Shown here one piece after another: positions 56,489 to 64,000 of a stretch of DNA of 64,000 nucleotides. Made by a program: the position numbers and the translations under genes. The notes below the pieces were generated by a model, which saw only the letters and a program-made list of their open reading frames with translations, did no database searches and was not told where the DNA came from. How positions within the stretch are numbered: position 1 is the stretch's first letter; each line of letters begins with the position of its first letter. The stretch comes from Patescibacteria group bacterium (GTDB taxonomy: Bacteria; Patescibacteriota; Minisyncoccia; Phycocordibacterales; JACOZG01), in NCBI GenBank assembly GCA_034658935.1, contig JAYEGE010000006.1, positions 24,912 through 88,911 of the forward strand, in the 5' to 3' direction.

Positions 56489-56596
56489 CTGCGCTAAAGC
56501 TTCGGCGGGCAAGGCCCGCTTTGGCTATATTCCTATGCTACCACAAAATTAAAACCCCGCGAGTGGGGCTTTAATCTTTTAGTTTAACCAAAGTCG

Positions 56597-56869
56597 TTAT
56601 TTAACAGCGTCTTTTAGGGCCTTGGCTGGTCGGAACTTAGGCACACGCATGGCTTGGACCTGGATAGGCTCTCCAGTGCGTGGATTACGAGCTGTACGCG
56701 CAGCTCGCTTGCGGGTGGAAAAAATACCCAAGCCAGCGATCGAAACTTCGCCGTCACCTTTCAAGGTTTGGATGATAGAGCTGACAACAGTATCGACTGC
56801 CTGCTCTGCCATTACCTTAGTGCCGCCAATAGTCTCGTGTACTGCGTCAATAAGTGCTTGTTTATTCAT
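56597..56869 (-). CDS. hup: DNA-binding protein HU
   Basis: 90 aa; GLGIFSTRKRAARTARNPRTGEPIQV matches the HU arm. Confidence 0.9.
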   Translation of the reverse strand: MNKQALIDAVHETIGGTKVMAEQAVDTVVSSIIQTLKGDGEVSIAGLGIFSTRKRAARTARNPRTGEPIQVQAMRVPKFRPAKALKDAVK

Positions 56870-56987
56870 GTATATATTTTATGGCTACTAAACTCGACCA
56901 TATCCTCTAACTGCGACCCATTATACTCCTGGCCCTATTTTTAGGCAATATCTGGAGGATTAGACATATATTTGACGTTTCTTGCCA

Positions 56988-58517
56988 TTATCTGGCGTAG
57001 TCAATCACTCGTGACTCACGAATTACTGTCACTTTGATCTCGCCGGGGTAACGTAGCTCTCGTTCTACCCGGATGGCTATCTCTCGGGCCAGTTTTTTAG
57101 CTCTCAAGTCGCTAATTTCGTTTGGTCGGACAAAGACTCTAATCTCTCGTCCAGCTTGGATGGCGTAGGCCTTCTCTATTCCAGAGAAAGAGGCGGCCAA
57201 GTCTTCAAGCTCCTTCAATCGTTTGAGGTAATTCTCGACACTGTCGCGCCGAGCGCCTGGTCGGCTACCCGAAATAGCGTCAGCCACTTGGACGATGATG
57301 GACTCTAATGTCTCGTAAGGATATTCCTCATGATGCGATTGCATTGCTTTAACTATCGCTTCGCTGGCGCCAAATTTCTCTAAGATGCGTCGGCCTATCT
57401 CCACATGAGTACCAGGCACTTCGTGGTCAACCGCCTTACCAATATCATGTAGCAGGGCGCCAGCGCGGGCTACGGCTGGATCTGCGCCTAATTCTCCAGC
57501 TAACATGCCAGCGATATGTGACATCTCTATTGAGTGCTGGAGGACATTCTGGCCATAGGAAGTCCGGAAATGGAGTCGTCCGAGAATGAGGACAATACGT
57601 GGGTCTAGATTGAAAACTCCTGCCTCATAAGTGGCTTGCTCGCCCTTCTGTTTGATGATCTGGGAGACATTTTCCTTAGCTTGCTCTGTCATCTCTTCAA
57701 TCTTAGCCGGTTGGATGCGTCCGTCAGCTATTAGGTTCTCTAAGGCGACTTTGGCGATTTGCCGTCTGACGGGGTCAAAGGAGGAGAGAACAATAGTCCC
57801 TGGGGTGTCATCGATGATGACTTCCACCCCGGTGGATTTCTCGAAGGCGCGGATATTGCGCCCCTCCTTACCTATAATCTTACCCTTCACCTCATCAGAG
57901 GGGATTTCGATCACTGTCGACATTATCTCAGGCACAGTGGCGTTGGCGAGTCGCTGAACAACCGAAGTCAAAATAGACTTGGCCTTATTCTCTAACTTTT
58001 CATTATGCTCGCTCTCTACCTTACGTATCCGAACGAGGAAATCCTCTTCGCCTTCCTTCTCGATCACGGCAATAATCTGCTCTCGAGCCTCCTCGGCAGT
58101 TAATTGAGCCACCTTCTCAAGCTCATTCTTCCTAGCTTTCTCTAGTTCGCTAACTCGTTTAGTGGCTTGGTCTAGGTTCTCGTTCCTACTCTTTAAAGAT
58201 TCTGCTTCTCGCTCGATATCTCCTTGGCGCTTGTCTAAGAGCTCGTCTTTCTTTATTAGGCGTTCTTCGCGTTTCCGAGACTCTTCTTCCTTGCCACGTC
58301 CAGTCTCCTTAACTTCTTTCAATAATTGTTCGGCCTGTTCGTCGGCCCGGTCAACAATCTGTTGGGCCTGATCCTTGGCCTCCAGGAGCATCTGCTTAAC
58401 TTTTAATTCCATCGAGCCTTTCTGCCCGAGGGTGATGATCCAACGGAGGAAATAACCAAAGACAATGCCTGCCAGAGTGCCGGTGCCGGCGATCAGTAGC
58501 CAGGTCATCGTATTCAT
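56988..58517 (-). CDS. rny: ribonuclease Y
   Basis: 509 aa with an N-terminal TM, coiled-coil, a KH domain (KGKIIGKEGRNIRAFE) and an HD domain (HDIGK). Confidence 0.9.
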   Translation of the reverse strand: MNTMTWLLIAGTGTLAGIVFGYFLRWIITLGQKGSMELKVKQMLLEAKDQAQQIVDRADEQAEQLLKEVKETGRGKEEESRKREERLIKKDELLDKRQGDIEREAESLKSRNENLDQATKRVSELEKARKNELEKVAQLTAEEAREQIIAVIEKEGEEDFLVRIRKVESEHNEKLENKAKSILTSVVQRLANATVPEIMSTVIEIPSDEVKGKIIGKEGRNIRAFEKSTGVEVIIDDTPGTIVLSSFDPVRRQIAKVALENLIADGRIQPAKIEEMTEQAKENVSQIIKQKGEQATYEAGVFNLDPRIVLILGRLHFRTSYGQNVLQHSIEMSHIAGMLAGELGADPAVARAGALLHDIGKAVDHEVPGTHVEIGRRILEKFGASEAIVKAMQSHHEEYPYETLESIIVQVADAISGSRPGARRDSVENYLKRLKELEDLAASFSGIEKAYAIQAGREIRVFVRPNEISDLRAKKLAREIAIRVERELRYPGEIKVTVIRESRVIDYAR

Positions 58518-58730
58518 GATGTAACGACGACGGCAATAGAGCTTAAGTTGTCAATCAAATCAAATCGATCAGAATCGCAATGAGATTGGGGGGAAAGGCG
58601 ATGATAATAACAAAGATTTAATAGTAGTTGACAACATATTGAAAACTAGAGCAGTCGTAAAATCTAAAAGACTAAAATTAATAAGGTTGCAGGCTTAGTA
58701 TAACAGATTTATCGCCCCTTGCCAACTTCC

Positions 58731-59315
58731 TTAATTATTTTTTCCTTTGATGATCTCGTCAACGAGTTTATAAGTCTTGGCCTCATCGGCGGACATGTAG
58801 TAATCACGGTCGGAGTCTTTCTCCACTTGAGCGGCAGTCTTGCCAGTGTTCTTGGCGAGAATTTTGTTTAGTTTTTCTTTAATCCGCAGAATTTGCTTGG
58901 CGGTAATGGCGATATCAGTAGCCTGTCCCTCTGTCCCACCCATTGGTTGGTGGATCATAATCTCAGCATTAGGGAGAGCGAAGCGCTTTTTCTTCTGACC
59001 AGAAGAGAGGATAATGGCGGCGCCGGAAGCGGCTAAGCCTACACAAACAGTAGAGACATCGGACTTCACGTAATTCATGGTGTCTAAAATCGCCATGGTA
59101 GAGGAAACAGACCCACCGGGGGAGTTGATATACATAGTGATATCCTTCTTCGGTCCCTCGCTCTCAAGAAAGAGGAGTTGAGCGATAATATTATTGGCTA
59201 GATTATCATCAATAGGGCCGCCAAGAAAAATAATCCTATCCTTTAATAGACGCGAATAGATATCGTAGGCCCGCTCGCCAAATTGTGATTTCTCAATAAC
59301 TGTTGGAATAAGCAT
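58731..59315 (-). CDS. clpP: ATP-dependent Clp protease proteolytic subunit
   Basis: The ClpP fold has the active-site Ser context [11 protein letters not shown] and His/Asp downstream. The track N-terminal extension to 59447 is a translated REP; the start is taken at MLIPTVIEK. Confidence 0.88.
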   Translation of the reverse strand: MLIPTVIEKSQFGERAYDIYSRLLKDRIIFLGGPIDDNLANNIIAQLLFLESEGPKKDITMYINSPGGSVSSTMAILDTMNYVKSDVSTVCVGLAASGAAIILSSGQKKKRFALPNAEIMIHQPMGGTEGQATDIAITAKQILRIKEKLNKILAKNTGKTAAQVEKDSDRDYYMSADEAKTYKLVDEIIKGKNN

Positions 59316-59327
59316 GATGATATTTGA

Positions 59328-59373
59328 ACTTGGACACTCGGTGTCTGGGAGTTCGACACCGAGTGTCCAAGTT
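59328..59373. repeat. composite double-REP element (inverted orientation)
   Basis: ACTTGGACAC-TCG-GTGTCTGGGAGTTCGACAC-CGA-GTGTCCAAGT. Confidence 0.85.
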
Positions 59374-59533
59374 CCTTGTCGATTAATAACTGAACCCACA
59401 ACATAGCATAAATCCACCATTTTGCAAGAGGTGGCATTGACAACCACCCCATGTCATGATAATCTCACAACAGAAGGCTAGATGTCCTGGCTGTTCGGGT
59501 CTAGATCCCTGACAAATGAAAGGAGGTGATCGC

Positions 59534-59656
59534 ATGTATCATCGAAAAGACTGGACGTTGATCGGGACGGACACCGTTATCATAATTCTGGGTGTTCTAG
59601 CGGTGCCGGCGATTCCCGTCTATCTGGATTACCAGAAAGACATCGCAAAGCAGTAG
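59534..59656 (+). CDS. pilin-like microprotein (pseudopilin N-terminal helix only) or pilin gene remnant
   Basis: AAAGGAGGTGA SD 8 nt upstream of the ATG. The 40 aa MYHRKDWTLIGTDTVIIILGVLAVPAIPVYLDYQKDIAKQ mimic the type IV pilin/pseudopilin alpha-1 helix, but lack Gly-1 and Glu5. Confidence 0.45.
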   Translation: MYHRKDWTLIGTDTVIIILGVLAVPAIPVYLDYQKDIAKQ

Positions 59657-60037
59657 GTATTGAATGAGCAACCAGCCACGGCAGGCGTGGATGAAGCCGT
59701 GCCCGACCCATCCCCGACGCCGCGGGCGGGAGAGGTGAAAGCAGAAGTCGATGGGTTATCTTGGTAGGCGATTGGATGAGGAGCAAGCGGCGATTCGCTT
59801 GGCGATGGCCGGTTGGCCAGCAGGGGACATTCGCATTGCCCTCTTTGCTCGACTGAGTCAGCCGCTAAAGGATATGTTCTATGGCGCCGCTTTCCCGCTG
59901 GAGGTTGTCGTCCAGGGCTCTGGGCCTGTGAAGGATTGGGCCAGGCGACAGAGCATCGCGATCGTTTGACTCGAACAAGTGGGGAACACGCAACTCCCGA
60001 CCGGATTTATCTGGTTGGGAGTTTTTTCATTTTCGCG

Positions 60038-60063
60038 AATTTGGACACGAAGTGTCCAAATTT
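60038..60063. repeat. REP palindrome AATTTGGACACGAAGTGTCCAAATTT
   Basis: Perfect palindrome overlapping the tig stop codon. Confidence 0.9.
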
Positions 60064-61081
60064 ACTTCTGCCCTTCCAACCACTCAAACACCTTCTCGTT
60101 GGTGATCAGGCTAGTGACGTATTGGCGTAACCTATCTTCAGAAGTATTAGGATAATGCTGTTTAAGGTGATCAAGTTCCTTCTTAATCTCTTCTTCTGGT
60201 GCAGTGATCTTTTCTTGCTGTGCAATCCGACCAAGGATAAGACCAGTCTTAACCCGCTTCTTAGCATCCTCCTGCCAACCAGCGCGTAACTCAGCCTCAG
60301 TTTTCTTAAGATGACCCAAGTACTCATCCCATTTCAGATTCATCCGCTCTGCCTCATAGCGCATTTCGGCCAGCATCTTATCTACTTCAGCTTCAACTAA
60401 GACAGGCGGTAGAGGAATATCACTCTCTTTTATTATTCCCTCGATAATTTTCAGTCGGCGCTTATCGCGAGCTTTCATCTCCTTATCTCGCTTGATGTTT
60501 TCTTTCAATTTGGTTTTCAAATCTGCCAGACCCTCAAACTTACCAAGTGACTTGGCGAACTCATCGTTCAATTCTGGTTCGGGCCCCAGTTCACCTGTCT
60601 TTTCATCCTTCTTGGCGCGGCTTTTCCGGACCTCGGCGATTAGATCGTCCGCCTCCTTATCAGTTACCTCGATTTTCTCTGCCGCTTCACCCATAATCTT
60701 CTTAGCAATCACACCACAATCACCCAATTTAATTTCTGGATTAATGGCGGTCTTAATTTTGAAACCTAACGGGTTGTCCTTGGCTATTTTGGTAATACTG
60801 ATCATCGGACGCCCAATGGCATCTAGCTTCTGCTCCTCAACAATACTTGGGTAAGCTTTCTGGAGAGCGAGTTCGGCCATCTCAGTAAGGACCTTTTCTG
60901 CGCCAAACTTAGCGATAATGGCTTGCTCGGTGGCGTGCCCTTTGCGGAAGCCGTCTATGGTTACATCGGCGTTAATATTGGCCACGGCCGATTGCCGATA
61001 GTTCTCGAATTGCTCTGTAGGAATCTCTCCCTCGATCTCCACTTCTGAGTCAGGTAATTTATTGATTTTGACGTTTATCAT
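60062..61081 (-). CDS. tig: trigger factor (short form)
   Basis: Ribosome-binding N-terminal domain and C-terminal chaperone arm; it sits next to clpP as in tig-clpP operons. The start is the internal ATG (MINVKINK), giving about 339 aa, roughly 100 aa shorter than canonical trigger factor. Confidence 0.75.
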   Translation of the reverse strand: MINVKINKLPDSEVEIEGEIPTEQFENYRQSAVANINADVTIDGFRKGHATEQAIIAKFGAEKVLTEMAELALQKAYPSIVEEQKLDAIGRPMISITKIAKDNPLGFKIKTAINPEIKLGDCGVIAKKIMGEAAEKIEVTDKEADDLIAEVRKSRAKKDEKTGELGPEPELNDEFAKSLGKFEGLADLKTKLKENIKRDKEMKARDKRRLKIIEGIIKESDIPLPPVLVEAEVDKMLAEMRYEAERMNLKWDEYLGHLKKTEAELRAGWQEDAKKRVKTGLILGRIAQQEKITAPEEEIKKELDHLKQHYPNTSEDRLRQYVTSLITNEKVFEWLEGQK

Positions 61082-61160
61082 AATTCGACTTTGCTCATTA
61101 TAAATAGTGCGCCCTAGTTTAGCGGTTTTTTTACTAAATTTCAAATTTTCCCCTAAAAAC

Positions 61161-61190
61161 AAAATCCCCCGAGGCGCCTCGGGGGATTTT
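61161..61190. terminator. bidirectional terminator hairpin
   Basis: AAAATCCCCCGAGGCGCCTCGGGGGATTTT perfect stem with flanking A/T runs. Confidence 0.7.
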
Positions 61191-61215
61191 GTTAAACACT
61201 TGTTTGCTTGGTGGA

Positions 61216-61617
61216 TTACTCGCCCGATCCGTTACTCGCACCATCTGTTGGTTCAGTTGGTTCACCGGCGTCTGTGTCGGTGCTGTCCGAGCCGGAGCTA
61301 GCATCTCCCATCGGAGGTAATATGCCGCTTGGGTCAGGAATCTCAGGGATTGTTGGTTGCAAGTCCCCTAGATTACTGCCGCTACCGCCGCCACTGCCAT
61401 CCGTGGCTTCCATAGTCTCTGGTGCTGTTGGCTTGGTTGGCTCGTTTGGTGTATTGGCCCCGTTATAGAAGAAGTAAATAGCGCCAATTATAAGGATGAT
61501 TATAACGATAATAGAACCGATCATCGTTCCCTTACCGCCACCTTGTTCGGGCGCCGGTTGGCTTGGTTTTATTGGGCTGGCTTCTGGTGCTGGGCCAGCA
61601 TTTTCTGTTCCATCCAT
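61216..61617 (-). CDS. hypothetical membrane-anchored low-complexity protein
   Basis: 133 aa with one TM (MIGSIIVIIILIIGAIYFF) and a Pro/Thr/Gly/Ser/Asp-rich extracytoplasmic tail. Confidence 0.5.
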   Translation of the reverse strand: MDGTENAGPAPEASPIKPSQPAPEQGGGKGTMIGSIIVIIILIIGAIYFFYNGANTPNEPTKPTAPETMEATDGSGGGSGSNLGDLQPTIPEIPDPSGILPPMGDASSGSDSTDTDAGEPTEPTDGASNGSGE

Positions 61618-61681
61618 ATTGTTCTATATGAGTTAATAAATGTTAATAATCTGCCCTCCATTATACTTAGGAAAAGGCGGA

Positions 61682-63685
61682 TTACAATAAGAGGCCTACA
61701 ATGAGCAGGGCGACCACATTAACGATTTTAATCATCGGATTGATGGCCGGCCCAGCGGTGTCCTTATAGGGGTCACCGACAGTGTCGCCAGTAATGGCGG
61801 CTTGATGGGCGAGAGAGTTTTTACCCCCGTGCTTACCTTCCTCGATGTATTTCTTGGCATTATCCCAGGCGGCTCCACCGGCGGTCATTGAGAGGGCGAC
61901 GAAGAGTCCGGTAATAATAGTACCGACAAGCAAACCACCCAACGCCTCGAGTCCTAAGAAATAACCAACGATAATTGGAGCGATAACAGGCAAGAGGGCG
62001 GGCACGATCATTTCTTTCAGGGCCGCTTTGGTTACGATATCAACAGCGGTGCCGTACTCTGGTTTGCCACTACCATCCATAATGCCGGCAATCTCGCGGA
62101 ATTGACGACGAACTTCCCCTACTACCTTAGCGGCTGTTCGTCCAACAGTCTTCATGGCGATGGAGGCAAAGAGATAGGGGAGGGCACCACCAATGAAGAG
62201 GCCAATCAAGACGCGGTAATCGTTGAGGGCAAAGCTAATTTCATGGCCCAACTCGGTGATTTCTTGAACATAGGCGGCAAAGAGAACCATGGCGGCTAAA
62301 CCAGCCGAAGCAATGGCGTAGCCCTTAGTTATTGCTTTAGTAGTGTTGCCAACGGCGTCGAGGGGGTCAGTGGTTGCTCGGACGCTGTCTGGTAAGCCGG
62401 CCATCTCGGCGATGCCACCGGCGTTATCAGTAATGGGGCCGAAGGAGTCAATGGCCACAATGATGCCGGCTAACGAAAGCATAGACATCGTTGCGATGGC
62501 GATACCATAGAGGCCGAGGAATTGATAAGCGACGGCGATGCCGGCGACAATTACAATGGTTGGTAAGAAAGTGGACTCCATGCTGACAGACAAACCGGTG
62601 ATGATATTAGTGCCGTGACCACTCTCTGAAGACTGAGCGATACTTTTAACTGGTCTGAACTTGGTAGCGGTGTAGTATTCAGTAATCAAAACAATTAGAG
62701 CGGTAACCACTAGGCCGACCAAACTGGTGTAGAAAATCTTGCTAGCATAACTGTCACCAAAGATGTTGTTAGCCGCCCAATAGAAGAGTCCTGCGGCTAC
62801 GATGCCACTAGCGGCCATCCCCTTATAAAGGGCCCCCATAATACTTTTCTTAAGGGAGACGAAAAAGGATCCAATGATGGAGGCGATAATGGCTAAGGCT
62901 CCAAGGACGAGAGGAAATCGGGTTGCAGTTTCTACTATTGCGGCATTATCTGAGCCGGCGAGATTGGCAAAGAATAGATTGCCCAATAGCATAGCGGCGA
63001 TGGTGGAGACGGCATAAGTTTCAAACAAGTCGGCGGCCATACCAGCACAATCGCCTACGTTGTCGCCTACATTGTCAGCAATAACGGCTGGGTTGCGCGG
63101 GTCATCCTCGGGGATACCCGCTTCTACCTTACCAACTAAGTCTGCGCCTACGTCAGCCCCCTTGGTGAAGATACCGCCACCCAAGCGAGCGAAGATAGAA
63201 ATCAGGGATCCACCCAGGCCCAAGCCGATCAGGGCTTTAAGGTCAGTGGTTACGAAATAAAATCCAGCTACCGATAGGAGGCCAAGGCCCACAACCATGA
63301 AGCCAGTCACAGCTCCTCCACGGAAGGCGATGTCGAAAGCTTTCTTGATTCCAGTCTTTGCCCCTTCTGCTGTGCGGACATTGGTTCGTACGGCTACGTT
63401 CATTCCAATATAACCGGCTAGGGCAGAAGCGATGGCGCCAATCAAGAAGCCGACAGAAGTGTTTAGGCCCAAGAAGATATAAAGAATGATAGCTAAGATG
63501 ACGGCTACTATTGCCACTGTCCTGTATTCACGTCGCAAGAAGGCCTGCGAGCCTTCCTTAATTGCTTGGGCGATCTCTAATTGCTTGCCGCTGCCGGTGG
63601 GTTGTTTTAAAACTGCCCAGGCTAGATAGGCTCCGTATACCAGGGCGGCAATGGCTGCAATGAAAATCAAGGTGATGCTATTCAT
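61682..63685 (-). CDS. hppA: membrane-bound proton/sodium-translocating pyrophosphatase
   Basis: 667 aa with about 16 TM helices and the signature GDNVGDCAG. Confidence 0.93.
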   Translation of the reverse strand: MNSITLIFIAAIAALVYGAYLAWAVLKQPTGSGKQLEIAQAIKEGSQAFLRREYRTVAIVAVILAIILYIFLGLNTSVGFLIGAIASALAGYIGMNVAVRTNVRTAEGAKTGIKKAFDIAFRGGAVTGFMVVGLGLLSVAGFYFVTTDLKALIGLGLGGSLISIFARLGGGIFTKGADVGADLVGKVEAGIPEDDPRNPAVIADNVGDNVGDCAGMAADLFETYAVSTIAAMLLGNLFFANLAGSDNAAIVETATRFPLVLGALAIIASIIGSFFVSLKKSIMGALYKGMAASGIVAAGLFYWAANNIFGDSYASKIFYTSLVGLVVTALIVLITEYYTATKFRPVKSIAQSSESGHGTNIITGLSVSMESTFLPTIVIVAGIAVAYQFLGLYGIAIATMSMLSLAGIIVAIDSFGPITDNAGGIAEMAGLPDSVRATTDPLDAVGNTTKAITKGYAIASAGLAAMVLFAAYVQEITELGHEISFALNDYRVLIGLFIGGALPYLFASIAMKTVGRTAAKVVGEVRRQFREIAGIMDGSGKPEYGTAVDIVTKAALKEMIVPALLPVIAPIIVGYFLGLEALGGLLVGTIITGLFVALSMTAGGAAWDNAKKYIEEGKHGGKNSLAHQAAITGDTVGDPYKDTAGPAINPMIKIVNVVALLIVGLLL

Positions 63686-63709
63686 GTTCTTTATTTCTAA
63701 TTGGTATTA

Positions 63710-64000
63710 TTAATCTTTATTCTCTTCAATTTTCTCTGTGCTCTCATCTTTTTCTTCTGGCTCGCTCTCTGGCTCGTCTTCCTCAGTATCTACCTGGTCG
63801 GTAGACGGAATCGGGGCTTCCTCCTTCTCGTTTTCTTGTTCAGGAGAGACGATATCGATCTTCCAACCACTCAGCTTAGCCGCTAGGCGGGCGTTTTGCC
63901 CACCTTTACCAACGGCTAGGGAGAATTGGTCGGGGTCGACTAGAATAGTAGCTGTTTTGTCTACTTCATTAAGGGCGACCTCATTAATCTTGGCGGGCGA
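63710..64000 (-). CDS. nusA: transcription termination/antitermination factor NusA (C-terminal part; N-terminus beyond window)
   Basis: The minus-strand translation ends ...[38 protein letters not shown]...EENKD, with TAA at 63710-63712. The KH2 motif is [16 protein letters not shown]. Confidence 0.8.
   Translation of the reverse strand, partial: SPAKINEVALNEVDKTATILVDPDQFSLAVGKGGQNARLAAKLSGWKIDIVSPEQENEKEEAPIPSTDQVDTEEDEPESEPEEKDESTEKIEENKD

Noticed and set aside
58731-59447. Long N-terminal extensions on clpP (to 59447), cca (to 48904), the RAYT (to 32365) and the ORF at 45655-45876
   Set aside because: The extra residues are translations of REP palindromes (TWTLxVxLPDTxCPS) or of the tRNA-Gly gene. 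Downstream ATGs that match family N-termini were used instead.
59580-60130. Overlapping ORFs on both strands in the G+C-rich spacer (59580-59786 minus, 59751-59969 plus, 59813-60130 plus)
   Set aside because: They are mutually overlapping and arise from high G+C, which suppresses stop codons. Only 59751-59969 has a weak SD; none has recognisable motifs. They are reported under the pilin-remnant finding rather than as genes.

Overview
This is a gene-dense bacterial chromosomal window. Most coding is on the minus strand, proteins are compact, and many predicted secreted or membrane proteins lack any recognisable family. It has the look of a reduced, possibly Patescibacteria/CPR-like, genome, but that is an inference only.

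Main contents:
- **Replication-origin neighbourhood.** rpmH-rnpA-yidC on the plus strand face dnaA-dnaN on the minus strand. The dnaA-dnaN spacer is AT-rich and carries DnaA-box-like 9-mers.
- **Housekeeping genes.** polA (partial), tsaE, ruvB, yebC, ruvC, tyrS, a class A PBP, ksgA, pcrA/uvrD, comM, dksA/traR-like, rpsO, xerC/D-like, cca, yraN, pyrD, alr, mscS, hup, rny, clpP, tig, H+-PPase and nusA (partial).
- **Pilus ATPase.** One PilB/GspE-type ATPase gene.
- **Five tRNA genes.** Gly-GCC, Arg-TCG, Pro-GGG, Pro-TGG and Gly-TCC. None encodes a 3-prime CCA.
- **Type IV secretion-like locus.** A roughly 12-kb minus-strand run holds a VirB2-like two-helix protein, a VirB4 ATPase split into two ORFs, a PrgI/VirB3-like protein and a VirB6-like polytopic membrane protein. 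These sit among novel secreted proteins, including a 795-aa Gly-Asp repeat protein.
- **REP family with its transposase.** About 15 copies of a 25-bp palindrome, TTTGGACAC-NNN-GTGTCCAAAT, lie in intergenic regions. Three of them flank or overlap a REP-associated tyrosine transposase (RAYT) gene.
- **Other repeat features.** Composite double-REP variants, a second palindrome family, and a tRNA-Gly 3-prime-end duplication that brackets a palindromic 172-bp segment.

No rRNA genes or CRISPR arrays are present.
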